The notes beneath the pieces are model-generated. The model made no database searches. It was not told the DNA's origin and worked only from the letters and a program-made list of their open reading frames with translations. A stretch of 63,392 nt of DNA from Octopus bimaculoides. Its lineage: Eukaryota. Location: contig NC_068992.1 of assembly GCF_001194135.2 (NCBI RefSeq), positions 23,180,315-23,243,706 on the forward strand. Reading direction: 5' to 3'. Of the stretch, positions 24,310 through 38,600 are shown piece by piece (the first letter of the stretch is position 1; each line of letters starts with the position of its first letter). The translations under genes were made by a program, and so were the position numbers.

Positions 24310-24769
24310 AGAGAAAGAAGAATAAAAGTCGAGCCTGGAATAATAAGGATCCTGAATATTTTAATACTCAGTGAGTCCTAAATCGCTTGTACATCTGCCA
24401 TTTTAAAGAAATTTGATAGGTTTTAATAACGCAGCCTATGTCAGTGTGAAATTAAAGGAGCTCCCACCTGAGGACGTGCATGTATTTGTAAGCAAGTGTG
24501 TATGTTTGCAGATACTGATGCGTGTATATGTGTGCATTAATCCATGCACACACACGATTATGCAGATATATATGTTTGTGTGTGTGTTTATGTGTGTGTA
24601 CATGTACGTACACATGTTTGTGCGAGTGTGTACGTATGTAGACGTTGTGAACGTAGGAGGTTTATGTCAATGTATTGTGGGAATATAGGTGTATATAGGA
24701 GTACTACTGCTGCCACTACTTCTATCACCACTGCCTCAGTTACTGTTGTTACTGCTGCTGCTGCTGCTG

Positions 24770-24826
<57 letters not shown>

Positions 24827-25511
24827 GTGGTATCACGCGTGTGACGTGTAACTTGTCCACACATTATGGATAAACGTAAAATATAGAGGTGTATGCTTGA
24901 TATTAATACGCGTGAAGCGACACCTGTTTCTGTACACTGTCTACGTCAATACACATCATATATCCTTTTCGTACATGGAACAAACAGCGGTAGTAAATCA
25001 TGGTAAGAATACAACACGTGTCACTGATATTGTTGACAACAAAATAAAACTAAAGAAAAACAAAAACCTTGAGTGATTGATTTGTTTGTAAAATAATAGA
25101 TTTCTTCCTTAATTCCGAAATGTGTGCTGTATTTTCTTAAGGATTTGCATCGTAATGTAATCGGTGAAACCATTGCACTATTAGAACAAACAGGTAAGAT
25201 TTGTGACAAGCAAATTATTAATACACACATAAGATATATTAGTGTTTATATGAGCCAACTGATTATGCAGCGTGTTTGAAATTGTCAGTATTGGAAATTT
25301 ACGGTGCTTGCTTTTCCGGCGTTCACTATGAGACTGAAGTCATAACAATGGTCAAATTGACCAGGTTTGTTTGTAAAGTGATAGGTAAACATATTGTAAA
25401 AGATTTCGTTAAGACTTAATAACATGCAAATATTAAATAACAGCAGGAGTTTCATTATGCCCTCTCCACTGCAACGATAGCTAATTGTTTGTCGATGCAT
25501 CTATCTATCTA

Positions 25512-25572
<61 letters not shown>

Positions 25573-26169
25573 NNNNNNNNNNNNNNNNNNNNNNNNNNNN
25601 NNNNNNNNNNNNNNNNNNNNNNNNNNNNNNNNNNNNNNNNNNNNNNNTATATATATATATATATATATATATATGAGGAACAGAGAGTGGTGTGTGAGAG
25701 AGAGAGAGAACTCTTTCAAATAATGACCGATCAATCACAGGTTGTATTCACTGACAGAGTAACAGAATATATCAGGTATAAGCAATACATCTCCTCAACA
25801 CTTTACGAATTTAAGACAAATTCACCTTGTGGAGTATTTATTTGAAAAATGTTGCAGATATGTTTCCACAAAATACTGCCTAGTATATTTAAAAAGGAAG
25901 GAAGCAATCAAGAATAATTTATTTACGCTCAAATTGACAGAATGAACGGGAATTATTTCTAATCATATTTGCGAGATCAGAGCAGTTTTTATTTATTTTT
26001 TTTATTTTGGCTACACTGCGGCAACAAATACAGCATCCAAACTCCGTTAAAATACCGCTATGTTGTATTGTCTGCTGTTAATTGATTCAGTGATGATTGC
26101 AACTTAAAACTTACTACATTTGGCTGTTTACTGTTACCGGTTTTGGAACCGAACTTAAGCCGTTGTGGA

Positions 26170-26720
26170 CGATATACTAAGAACTATCAAATTCAAGAAT
26201 ATAAAACCGAAATTATCATCGTTGCTCGATTTAGCCCAATGTGAAATCTTTTTCAATTGTTATTGCCAGTTCAAATTCCGAGAGCATCAGTTTACCAGCC
26301 TAAACTTTTCAGAGAAATCGATTAACTTACAAGACTTTAAAACTTCATCTGGTAATGAGCTCTATTTGCGGAGTTCCAAGTTTTGGAGATGTCTGGAAAC
26401 ACCTCTAAGCCAATATTGTTCCCGGAGAAGTAGCACCTTTCAAGATCCCAGTTAAGGTTCATGTCAGTGAATTACCTCCCGACAAAAGTAACTCACAGAC
26501 AATCCAACGGACCCAGGACAGATAAAGCACCTCCACTCTTTTGCTGCTCGTCTAAAAGGTGACAATCGAATCCTGCATCATGACAACTATTGTGCTAGTA
26601 ATACATGCTGCAGCAGACTAATATAAGCTCCAAGGGCTGTAGGCTGCGCGCGCTCTGCACAAACTATAGTGTTCCACTATAGTAATAAACCCCTGCTGTC
26701 TTGTGGGGTAATTTACTGAA
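26170..26720 (-). pseudogene. Decayed LINE RT relic (CR1/L2-like)
   Basis: Minus-strand pieces 'AYSPWSL', 'HLLDEQQK', 'LEVFPDISKTWNSAN', 'SLKSLGW*TDAL' are colinear with NYRPISL / LLxDxQHG / FLDIxKAFDSV / LLxWxxxFL. Heavily mutated. Confidence 0.4.
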
Positions 26721-27510
26721 TCATTAAAAATGCCTAAGGGAATAAACATCCTAAGAAAATCAGTGGGGTGGGATTCTAAAACAGATATGTACAGTTTATA
26801 CTTAGCCAGAAACTAACATCTTCTACGACTCCATAGATGCTACTTTCGCAGCATCTTGTCTCTTTTTTAGCGTATCAATGAGCGGAGAGGTGGTCAGTAT
26901 ACTTGGAACTAAGCATTTACTTCTGCAAACAGCCCAGGCACAGCAGAAGTGGTTATGCTTCTGTCTTTGAAACCCCACCGTTCTATGACAAAGGCCAACG
27001 AAAACAAGTAATGTATTGGTATGCATTAAATTGACTATATATCTTATCCAAGTTTCGCCATATTATGGTTATTGTTTTTGTGCAAACATTTTCTAAAGCT
27101 ATATTTATTACACGTGTGTTGATGTTTTTGGTTTACATTTTGATATTCCATCATGCAGTTAACTTCAACACACACAGCTAATAATGGAAAGTAACTTGAA
27201 CATTAGTTTGATTCTACTCTACTTCACTGATTGACTTCTTAAGCTTCCTTTGCTTCTTAAACCTCACCGTTAATTCAATATTTCTTCAATTATCTATTAT
27301 TGCTTTACATGTAGTAGTAATACGTGCAGAATCACTGCTGCTGTGTATATGTTTGTACATGTTAATGTGTGTATTTATTTAATATATTACACTTTCCGTG
27401 TGCAGAAAAATAAATAATATACCTAAAGCGTTGATGGGTAAATGGGAATGGGTGAATACGATGTAGCACAACGCCCAAGTGTATGCAGACGGAGAAAAAT
27501 TTCAAGTGGA

Positions 27511-27562
<52 letters not shown>

Positions 27563-27786
27563 NNNNNNNNNNNNNNNNNNNNNNNNNNNNNNNNNNNNNN
27601 NNNNNNNNNNNNNNNNNNNNNNNNNNNNNNNNNNNNNNNNNNNNNNNNNNNNNNNNNNNNNNNNNNNNNNNNNNNNNNNNNNNNNNNNNNNNNNNNNNNN
27701 NNNNNNNNNNNNNNNNNNNNNNNNNNNNNNNNNNNNNNNNNNNNNNNNNNNNNNNNNNNNNNNNNNNNNNNNNNNNNNNNNNNNNN

Positions 27787-27824
<38 letters not shown>

Positions 27825-28415
27825 AGTGTGTTTGTGTGTGCCAGCATGTTTAAGAGAAAATCGGAAATGACTTGAGTTAAATCAAGAAGTAAATTAAACA
27901 AATAGAAGTGATTCAATTCTTTCTGAACTTAAATATTGTTTCAGAAAATATTTATATTATTTTAAATTTTAATCTCTAGCCAAACAAACACGGATACATA
28001 AACACACACACACTTACATTTACTCACACACATAAACATAGAAAGAGACACACTCATGCAATACATTCGTACAAAGTAAAATAGATAAATGTGTTACTGA
28101 CTTTGAACAATAAACTTAAAGGCCTCGTTGGCTATACAGTGAAAATGTATTGACTATGGACCACTTCTAGTTCAAAAAACATATTTAGAGTTTGCGACCC
28201 CTAATACTTCAACTGGACCAACACGCTGATGGCAATCACAAAGTGAATTGTGAAGTAGAAGAAAGAAACTATAATTTGTGTTTGCATTAATAAAATTATG
28301 TGAAGATATAATACGGAAACAATAAAATACTAACAAGAGCACTCAATGATTAGCCAGAGATAATTTTTAAAATGAGAATATCTGAAATAAACTTGACTGT
28401 TCTCAGAAACAATAA

Positions 28416-28666
28416 TACTAAAACTGAACCCGACCGCTCTCAAAAATTAAGTAAAGAAAAAAAAACAGAGAAAATAATCCAGAAACCTTGTCAGGTACCG
28501 GATCAATCCCCAAATCTAATCAGTTCGTGTCAGTTACGAGGCAAAACATCCCTGTATGTTTCATCCGAATCCAACCAGCGGTTCTTGAGATATCTTGTCC
28601 ACGGACAAACAAATAAATAAACATGACTGGAAACAATACCACCGCTTTAGCGAAAGCAGAGGTAAT
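28416..28666 (+). mobile_element. Short non-autonomous Helitron/Helentron-type (HINE/DINE-1-like) element
   Basis: The body is followed by a short (ACAA/ATAA)n tract and a terminal hairpin ACCACCGCTTT-AGCG-AAAGCAGAGGT (28638-28663; 9 of 11 pairs), then AATAATA. Classification is by architecture only. Confidence 0.45.
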
Positions 28667-29125
28667 AATATTTATTGGATGCTGATAAAATTTGAGATCG
28701 GAATATTGGAATAATAGACCGTGTCTTTCGTATTCGTTTGAATTTTTTAGTTAAACTTTCGTCTAGCCAAACCTAATATATGTAGTTAATAAATCAATAA
28801 GAGTTTACACAGAGTTATATAAAATGAGATATCATTAAATATTGACGATCCTAGGGTCAAGAACAGAGTAAGTGAATTATTGAAAATCACGGTAATTATT
28901 GTATACAATAGAAGAAAAATAGAATTAAAGCAATGTATCGACTACCAATATCCTTAGAATAACAATAGAAAATGTTTTATTTATGTCCAGCCCTCAGAGT
29001 TGGTTTTACCTGATGTACACGTTGAATTTTAATTGTCAAGGGTTGTTGAAACAAAAGTAGACTGGTGGATAGAAGTAATATAACTTAGCTTACACCATGC
29101 AAAACTTGGGTCACTCAACTTTGCT

Positions 29126-29190
<65 letters not shown>

Positions 29191-29456
29191 NNNNNNNNNN
29201 NNNNNNNNNNNNNNNNNNNNNNNNNNNNNNNNNNNNNNNNNNNNNNNNNNNNNNNNNNNNNNNNNNNNNNNNNNNNNNNNNNNNNNNNNNNNNNNNNNNN
29301 NNNNNNNNNNNNNNNNNNNNNNNNNNNNNNNNNNNNNNNNNNNNNNNNNNNNNNNNNNNNNNNNNNNNNNNNNNNNNNNNNNNNNNNNNNNNNNNNNNNN
29401 NNNNNNNNNNNNNNNNNNNNNNNNNNNNNNNNNNNNNNNNNNNNNNNNNNNNNNNN

Positions 29457-29489
<33 letters not shown>

Positions 29490-29560
29490 TATGTGTGTGT
29501 GTGTGTATCAGCAGAAAATATGCTATCAAATACAACTGCACTTATTATTAGTTCAAACAT

Positions 29561-29776
29561 GGTGGAGAGCTGGCAGAAACTTTAGCACGCCGGGCGAAAC
29601 GTTTCCCGGTATTTCCTCACTCTTTACGTTCTGAGTTCAAATTCCGCCGAGATCGTCTTTGCTTTTCATCCTTTCGGAGTCGATAAATTAAGTACCAGTT
29701 ACTTACTGGGATCGATCTAATTGTCTTGCTCTCTCCCTAAATGTTTTGGTCCTTGTGCGTAGAGTAGAAAAGAATA
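29561..29776 (+). mobile_element. SINE family B
   Basis: GAGCTGGCAGAAACTTTAGCACGCCGGGCGAAAC...TTCTGAGTTCAAATTCCGCCGAG...TTTCATCCTTTCGGAGTCGATAAATTAAGTACCAGT. Confidence 0.9.
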
Positions 29777-31549
29777 CACAAATGTATCATCCATTTTCCT
29801 TTTTAATAATGGCGTATCCTTGATGAATATCTCTGAAATGTTACATATTAACATCAATTGTTCTCAACAGGCTTCATCCCAAAACTGACTGTCCGGAATA
29901 TGTCATTTGGTTTTAGAAAATATATTTGGTAAAAGCTAACTTGCGTCCTACTGGGAAAGAGTTCTATTTCATCTATTTGATTTAAATGTCAGGAGATTAT
30001 GTCGCAGGTCACAGACGTTTGAGGTCTGTGAGAGGATTATCTATGTTCAACTTGAAAGAAATATCAATAGATTGGTAAGCGCACTATTGTAGATGAAATG
30101 ATAAAAAATATTTACAGATATTTCATATTTTGTTCACTAAATAGCAAAATAGCAGCCCCTGGCACCACAGCCTCTGGCTTCAGCTTGTGGCTTCAGGTAC
30201 ACATTGGAATACGTAGAGTAATTATTCCGGGTACAGATCATTACGTCTCTTTGCTTTTCGCATTCGATTAGTTTATTTATTGTCATGTAAATGCATAGCG
30301 AAAGTATATGCGACTGATGGAAATATAAGTAAATGATCTATCAGTAAATATTTATATTTATTTCTACTTTAGAATTACTTGTTTTGTGTCTTACCTTTTG
30401 ATGGCAACATATTAATGCAAAAAAAAAGAAAAGAAAAGAAAGAACGAATATTTTTCAAATATCGTTGAGTGAATTGTGATCTGGTGGTAAGCATTAGTAT
30501 TTTCTTAGTGCTGAGATGAGATACGGTAAATACTTACTAGATCGAACAGTAACTACCACTGATAAAGTTTGCAAAGGCCGTAACATACTCCTGAAATAGT
30601 GTTGACAACAAAACTATTAAAAACTTCAGCAGGTGTTTGAATGCTTTATCCCTTCACTCTAATCTCCTTCATTAGAAACAAGAAACAAAATGAATATTGC
30701 CCTTAGACTGCATTAATAGACAGTCTGCTGTAATTTAGTAAAAACGTACATCACAAGTTATCCTATTCTATTCTATTCTATTCTCAGCGGTGAATAGTCT
30801 AAAATATTTATACTTCTGTTTTGTGTTAATTTATGATTCTAGGCTGCAGCATGTTTTAAGTGTTACTAAATTTTCATGTCAAATAAGTGTAATTACTTTC
30901 TTGCCAGAAGTAGTTTCCTCTGGCACCCAAAGTAATATAGGAACTTCGGTTAGTGAATATGGCTTATTATGATAATTTTATTCTGATACTTTTTAATTCT
31001 GAAATTTCCCATCACTTAAGGCTTGAGGTTTTAGTGCAATTAATTATTGTTTGCTCACACGAAACTTACATTTCTTAATAATGCATTTTTTTAAAGTAGC
31101 CATATTTAGAGTTGTTATAAAGTTACCAATATACAGTAGCAGAATAATATAGATAATATCTTCGTTGACTTTTCATAGTTAATATTGTTGTCTTACGTGA
31201 AATATATCAGGTAACAAGTAACAAAGAAAACGTCGTGATTGTTATAGGTTTCAGAGAGGTTGTTCCTATACATTTAATAGTACGTGTGTAGATTTTACAC
31301 TATATGAAGAATCAACTGCTTCAGAAGATATCCTATATCATCTTACCAATTTCAAAACGACCGTGGAATTTCCGTAGATATTGTTAGCATGTTTATCAAT
31401 TGGTTAAATCCTGAAAGGACAGACTGCAAGTAAGATAGCACATAAAATCTATAACTAATTTAAATGAAGCGATATAATGAAATAATGTTTAAATTGTTCA
31501 GTTGGGAATAGTTAAAAGCAAATAAAATATTCTGTGGCAGGCTTGTCTT

Positions 31550-32280
31550 TATTGTTGCTGTAAACATTCGACTATTTCCCACGTTGATATTAATACTCTT
31601 GGTAGCATTTATGATGTCTTTTTCACCATAACCGATATTTTATTATCAGTGTTTGGTTGGAAGTGTGACCGCTGTAAAGTAAGGGCAGGATCTTCTCATG
31701 TCAAACTTCTTGTGGAACTTTTATATTAAGCTTGCAAATTTTATATTACTTCATTCTGTTTCCTTTGAAATTTTTGCTGAAGTCATTAATTTGAATATTA
31801 ATTGCCTCTGCCGAGAAAATCTGATCTTGAACCACCAGTAAAATCATATCTCACTTTGCACTGAGCTCGCAATACAAGATTATCCACGAATTTCTTTTTC
31901 TTGAACGAGTTCCTTATTTCTACATTTATTTTTGTTTGCTATTTTTGGTTGAATTTAATGATGTTGATTTGGTTTTGCTTTTCATCTATGAAACTTTTTC
32001 TGAAGAAACTGCTGCTATTCTTGTGCATTTTACTGTGAATTTACTGTTGTTTTAATGATATTGGTTGTTAAGTTGTATGTAGTTGTTTCTTCAGAAAGAG
32101 ATTTTATCTTTCTTGCTCATGTTAACTATGAGTGAACGTTTGCCCCATAATTCACCGAAACGTGTCAGGAAATACTACTTGTTGCCATACATAGGTCACA
32201 ATAGTGCATATTATTATTTACTTTCATTAATTCAAAGGCAGCTGGCATTATCTGCAAGTTGTGTCATGAATAACACATTT
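31550..32280 (-). pseudogene. Possible very old non-LTR (R4/RLE-type) relic
   Basis: A-rich minus strand with fragments 'ILLVVQDQIF', 'YKICKLNIKVP', 'QPNTDNKISV', weakly like IIAAQDQ / WKIC / PxDxNIS in R4-like elements. Confidence 0.2.
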
Positions 32281-33049
32281 ACCTGATGACAGTCTCACTT
32301 CAGTATGGATGAAATTAAAAAAGATTATTTACACATAGTAGTTAAGTACGTTATGTTAATACTAACACTACTATTTGTCACATCACTACTGGGTTGGTCT
32401 TAGTATATTACCCTTTCCAATATGTGTGTAGAAATTGTTACTACTTGGTAGACAACTTCACTGAACAACTCTTCAATTTCCTAACGTGTGCAACAGCAAT
32501 GAATTCGTTCATACATATTTTTCATTCGAATTACAGAAAAACAGAAATGTGAATGTTATGTTTGACCATGTTCCTAAATTTATGAGCTGATGTTGTGAAA
32601 CATCAATTAAAAAATATTATTAATATGAAATTAGTTAATGATGGTTCATCACATTTTCCGTGATATATGGGACTAAATCTTAAACTTATACTAATGTAAG
32701 CACAGATTTACCGAATGCTATGTATTAAAGATTTTTTCTATGATCGTACAGGCATTTATCGCACTTTTGCAAATGGGATTAATAGTACCATTGTGTAATG
32801 AATTTTGCAATTAGAATCTCCCCGTGACAAATATAGAATGAAAGTAGGAAGTTAGATTCGTTAGAGTCAGTGAAATAGTCAAATAAAATTACGATCCGTA
32901 CACTAAAGTGAAACTGAATTGCTACGATGATAATATCGTAGAACTTTAGTTTGATGTCTTAAAACTAAAAGCCATATGTTAAGATGCTGAGAAACTCTTT
33001 TTCATTTAATTATTTTGTCGTTGGAATGCGGCCATTCCGAATCGCAATC

Positions 33050-33310
33050 TTGAAAGGTTTAGTGGAAGAAAACGACCACATTTTATTTTTCACTCTAGTA
33101 CACCTCTCGTTATCTTAGTCAGACCCATTAAGTTACGGGAACGTGAACAAGCCAGCACTGATTGTCAAACACACATTCATATACATACATATATACATAC
33201 ATACATGCATACATACATACAAACACACAGCGGAATGGCTGTGTAGTAAGAAACTTGCTTCCCAACCACATGGCTCCGGGTTCAATCCCATTGCGTGCAC
33301 CCTGGACAAC
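33050..33310. mobile_element. Two SINE A fragments in opposite orientation around a microsatellite
   Basis: 33050-33170 is a minus-strand 3' module (TAAGTTACGGGAACGTGAACAAGCCAGCA). 33228-33310 is a plus-strand head (GAATGGCTGTGTAGTAAG...CCGGGTTCAATCCCATTGCGTG). Confidence 0.65.
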
Positions 33311-33481
33311 TTCATTCTATTAAACTCTATTAAACTCTTTTAAAAAAAGAAACTCTTATATTTACACTTCTCTCGATTTCAGCCCGAGCTAATGAGGTAA
33401 ATAATATAGATCTTAGAGCCCTTTGGCGTCCATTTCTGGCATGTAGTGCTATCTCATGAGTGTGCACATAGGAGAGGCTTA

Positions 33482-33913
33482 TAGGCCCAAGAGTAATTGT
33501 GCGGTAAGTAGCTTGCTTACCAACCACATGGATCCGGGTTCAGTCTCACTCAATGGCACATTCGGTAAGTGTCTTCTAAAGTAGCGTAGGGCCTACCAAA
33601 GCCTTGTGAGTGGATTTGGCGGACGGAAACTGAAATAAACCCGTCGTAAATATATATATATATATATAGATAGATAGATAGATAGATAGTTGTGTGTGTG
33701 TCTCTGTTTGTCACACCACCATCTCTTGACAACCGATGTTGGTGTGTTTACTTCCCCGTAACTTAGCAATTCGGCAAAATAATAAGTACTAGGCTTATAG
33801 AATAAGTGCTAGGCTTACAAATAATAAGTCCTGGAGTCAATTTGTTTGATATAATGCGGTGCTCCAGTATGGCCGCTGTAAAATGCCTGGAACAAATAAA
33901 AGAATAAAAGAAT
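33482..33913 (+). mobile_element. SINE family A, full length
   Basis: Head, central domain, internal (TA)(GATA)(TG) microsatellite, 3' module and (AATAAAAG)2 tail. There is a small internal duplication of AATAAGTACTAGGCTTA. Confidence 0.9.
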
Positions 33914-33929
33914 ATACATATACAAAACT

Positions 33930-34820
33930 TATTCTGAAACCTACTGAAATTTCATTTGAAACTTACTGAAAACTATTTTAAAATACATACCAAGTATAGT
34001 AAGGGACAATCTGGACCCGTTAAATCACCTCCCAAAATCCCTAAACACTTTTACAAATATTGTATCTTTTGATGTGGTAAACGTATATACCACTATCCCA
34101 CCACCAATATGGACTAGAGGCAATAACTTTATGGCTTGAGAAATTCCCTCATGAGATTCCAGACAGAATTGAAAAAGTTACATCACTGAAGGCTAAAAGA
34201 TTATCTTCGAAAACAATTCTTTTTTTATTTCGATGGCAATATTTACAAACACATATCTGGGACTGCGAGTGTGACAAAAGTTTCTCCAATTCACGTCAAT
34301 ATAATTATGGCTTACATGAAGGTCCACTTATATGAACAGTCAACATTAAAATGTGGCTTAAACTTCCACAAATATCTACTAGGAAACTAGAAATGTTTCC
34401 TAGATGACTGCCTAAATGTGGATGCACTCATTTGAACAACTTATAGGGTTGAAAAATCTAACCAACAGCATTAGCAATAATATAAACTTCACCATGAATG
34501 CAGTAAAACTCAAACACCATTCCTGGATATACGAATCACCAAAAGAGAGAAAAACATTCAAGTAGAAATTCACTACAAACAAACAGATTGTAAACAGTAC
34601 TTACTGTTCACCTCATGCCATGTCAAACACACGAAAAATAATATTCCCTTTAATCTAACAAGAAAAATCGGCACAATTACCTCAAACCATGAAACTCGCA
34701 ATAAAAGATTCCAAGAACTATAACAAATAATACTTAAATGGCAATATGCATTAAAGTTAATAGACAACGGAATGGGATGTGCCAATGTAATAAATATCCA
34801 AGAAATACGAAAAACGAAAA
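33930..34820 (+). pseudogene. Penelope-like element reverse transcriptase fragment (Poseidon/Neptune-like)
   Basis: Colinear motifs: PSIVRDNLDPLNHLP; IVSFDVVNVYTTIP; FYFDGNIYKHISGTASVTKVSPIHVNIIM; N*KCFLDDC (FLDD at 34397-34408); PFLDIRI; YKQTDCKQYLLFTSCHVKHTKNNIPFNLTRKI. Stops and frameshifts are present. Confidence 0.85.
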
Positions 34821-35104
34821 CCCGGGGTTCATGTCCATACAGCGCTTCATTACCCAGGGGTTCATGCCCATAATGTGCTTCGCTTCACAGCGTCTCTGCA
34901 GACCATAACAGCCGGTGGCCTATAGCCTCTCTTTAAAGTTGGTGAAGACATGATCTCGTGGCTAGTTGTTGAACATAGAAAGGCTGACTGCAAGGTATTG
35001 CCTCCCTGGATCCTCTATCAATCAAGCTGGTTAGCTAGTGGGTCCCATGACTTCAGTAGAAAACTATTGAAGTGTAAATAGTCTCTAAAGATATACATAC
35101 ATTA

Positions 35105-35899
35105 TAACACTGACATCTCACTTTAACAGATATATTTACCAAAATTACATAAAAATATCTTGAAATACTAATGAGTAAATTCATTAAATAAAATCAGCAC
35201 TGACTTCAACCACGAACTGCTGCAACGCGGCTGCAATATTTCTGGACGGTCTCCTTGTGTAAGTTGGTGAGTGTTGTGATAATCTTTGCCTTCAGTCCAT
35301 CTTTGGTGTTACAAGGAATTTTGTTGGTCTCTACGTCCCACACATAATAATCAAGGGGATTGCATTCTAGAGAGTTAGGTGACCAGATTTTAGGAATCGT
35401 CTGATTGCCATGACTGGGATCTCCTGCTTGTGTGGCATGGTGTATAGTCCTGTTGCCAGACATAGGGTCTTCCAGCAACCAACCTATTGACCCAGGACAG
35501 CACTACCTACTCCAAGCACATGATGTAGGCGTCCATGTTGAGTCTGAGGCCGTATGGGAAGTTGAACAGAGACATAACGTCGCCACCCATCACAAATGAT
35601 CACTGCAAACATCATGATGTTGATTGAATGTTTGATTTTTATTACTCTCGGTACATATTTTTAGATTTTCACTGTCCTCAGATTGACACCCAAACACTCT
35701 GAAATATTTGTACTGGTGCTTCCGGCACGAATGTGGTTTCCAAAATTCTGGCAGAGTGAATTGCGTCATGGTGCTGTTTTTTTTCCAAGACTGTGCTCAA
35801 TTGACCCTACTATACTGTATAGTCAACAAAATCCGAAACAAACGATGCGCATACGCGAAATAAAACATAAAATGGCGACAATTTACACATCACACCATG
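35105..35899 (-). mobile_element. Tc1/mariner-superfamily element, maT (DD37D)-like, internally deleted
   Basis: Minus strand: terminal CATGGTGTGATGTGTAAATTGTCGCC beside a TA; ATG at 35769 (MTQFTLPEFWK); KHSINIMMFAVI; GRPYVWQQDYTPCHTSRR; IWSPNSLECNPLDYYVW (third catalytic residue is D). The other TIR was not found. The maT call is an inference. Confidence 0.8.
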
Positions 35900-36423
35900 T
35901 ATATAAACATTATCATATATACATACGTACCTTCATACATTATATATATATATATGATGCGGATGACTGTATTTGTGTATGCGTGTGGAGTGCAATTAGT
36001 AGTCATGTCAACAACCATGCATGCATGTAAAGAAACCGAGTAGACGCATAAAAATATTTTCTTTTAAACAGCATTAAAAGATAGACAATGAATCACGTTT
36101 CGCTATAGTATTACATTCCCGCTTGGATTCAGTGACACTGATGTACTTTAAAATATTAATTCTATAAAAAAAAACAACAAATTTCTTCACTAAAAATGTA
36201 TCTAATAAACTTCGTTTCATCGCCAGAGGCTGTTTTGTGAGTAAATTAATAACATACCAGTCTCAATAAGGCCGCATTTTGCGCACTAGAACGACAGACA
36301 AGAGACAATGAGACATTGGTAGAGTATGAGAGATGTATGGACTCAAGTATATAATATATCTAGATTTTAATATATTGATGGTGCAATATCTATCTATGTA
36401 TCCATCTTTCCGTCTGTCTGTCA

Positions 36424-36489
<66 letters not shown>

Positions 36490-37009
36490 TGATCTATCTA
36501 CGTATATATATATAGTGAATTTAAATGTTTATTATAAACAATAAATCAATCATTATCACTTACAGCTGTTTCAATTAATACTCAGTGAATTCATTAAATA
36601 TTAAATTCATACGCCCTCAGCATAATATCTTAAGAGAGAAAAACACACATAGAACGTACCAGCTCATACACACTACGATATACACACATGCACACGTACA
36701 AACACATATCGGGTTATTCTGCATGCACCTAAGTGTTCCGTATATAAATGCAAATGCTGAAACACAAAAATATGAAATAAATTATATATTCAAAAATAAA
36801 AAAAAATAAATTCTTAACTGGTATTGATACTTTAAAACAAATGCTATTTTATTAATTCTCTAGCTATTATAAATGCGATTTATATAAGCATAAGTTTATT
36901 CCTACACCAGTATTGCAGACGCACATACACACAAATAAATATGCATCCACGCACACAGAGACACACACGCACACACAGAGGGACACATACATATATATAA
37001 AGATAAATA

Positions 37010-38185
37010 TTGGATCATCCCATAAATTATGCGTTTTTTCAATTGCATGAAGGTAGTAATTTCACATTGTCCTTATTCTTAATGCAAGATTTTAAGAGTT
37101 CCGTTCCATCATTTTAACTGTTATTTTTTAAAGCTATAATGGAAGTTTCAAAGTTGCATCTTCGGCACATTTTGCTGTATGAACTCAATAAAAGCAACAA
37201 CGCAACGGAATGTGTGAGGAATGTTATTGCAGTATATTTGGATCGGACAATAAGCCTAAGCCAGTATCAACAGTGATTTCAGGAATTCCGAGACGGAAAC
37301 TGCAGCCTAGAAGACGAACCTCATTCTGGAAGATCTGTAGAGCTTGACGGGGACGTTCTGCAAACCCTGTGGAACAAACTCCTATCGTAAATCTTGAGGA
37401 ACTAGCAGAGAAGATTGGATTTGGGCAGTCAACCATTTATCGACACCTATGTGCCATCGGAAAAGTCTGCAATTTGGGTCAATGTGTTCCTCAAAAACTT
37501 TTCGAGTCTAATGGCGTGCAGAGAGTGAATGTGTGCTCTTCTTTGGTGTCACGTCTCAGGAATAAACCGTTTTTGGACCGAAGGGTCACTGGAGACGAGA
37601 AATGTGTTCTCTAGAAAAAAGGTCAATCCAGGCTAAAGCAGGTCTTCACACGAGTGAGGTGCTGTTATCCGTTTGATGGAATGTAAACGCTTTAATCCAC
37701 ATGAACTTTTAACCCCAAACCCAACGATAAAAGAGGATATCTCTTGTCAGAATCTTCTGTAGATTAAGTCAGTACGACCATCTTTGCGTTCCTGAGCAAG
37801 AGTGTACTTCCATCAGGATAATGCTCGACCACATACACCGAGGTTGAAATTCGAAAGGCTGGAACAGCTTGAATGGGAAACAAGGCATTACCCACCATAT
37901 TCGCCAGACATTGCCCCATCTGATTATCATATATTCTGTAGTCTTCAAAATCATTTGGAGGGGAAAAAAGATGCATTCTGTAAACGAGGTCAGAACAGTA
38001 CTGGCGGAGTACTTTTCTTCACGGACAAGTGAATTTTGGAAGGAAGGCCTTGCAAGTCTAACAGATAGGGGGAAGAGCATTGTAGAAAAGGAAGTAGAGT
38101 ATATTTTCCATTAAAAATGAAATTTGTTTATCTAAATTTTGAAAAATAGAAATACAAAAAGCCGCATTATTTACGGATTACCCAT
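37010..38185 (+). mobile_element. Mariner transposon (DD34D), near full length, inactivated
   Basis: TA-flanked degenerate TIRs (TTGGATCATCCCATAAATTATGCG / CGCATTATTTACGGATTACCCAT). ATG at 37139 (MEVSKLHLRHILLYE), then LGQCVPQKL, VTGDEKCV, FHQDNARPH and PYSPDIAPSDYHIF, with 34 residues between the second and third D. Stops and frameshifts are present. Confidence 0.95.
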
Positions 38186-38210
38186 TATATATGTATATAC
38201 ATATATACAC

Positions 38211-38281
<71 letters not shown>

Positions 38282-38537
38282 CATTTGTGTATATATTAAC
38301 ATGTATATACACATATGTATATTTATGTATATAAGTATATATATATATATGTATGTACATATATACATGCATATATATACAAATATATAATTACATACAT
38401 TCATACAAACACATATATATAAAGCGACAGACTGGGAGAGAGCTAGACAGATCAGAGTGAGAGAAAGTGAGATAGATTTATAGTTAAATAGATAGGTAGA
38501 TAGGTAGATAGATAAATAGATAGATATAAAGATAGGC

Positions 38538-38600
<63 letters not shown>

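Noticed and set aside
31798-31870. Minus-strand peptide AQCKVRYDFTGGSRSDF, resembling an SH3 N-terminus
   Set aside because: There are in-frame stops on both sides, no polypyrimidine acceptor, no donor, and no ELSF/GD/W motifs.
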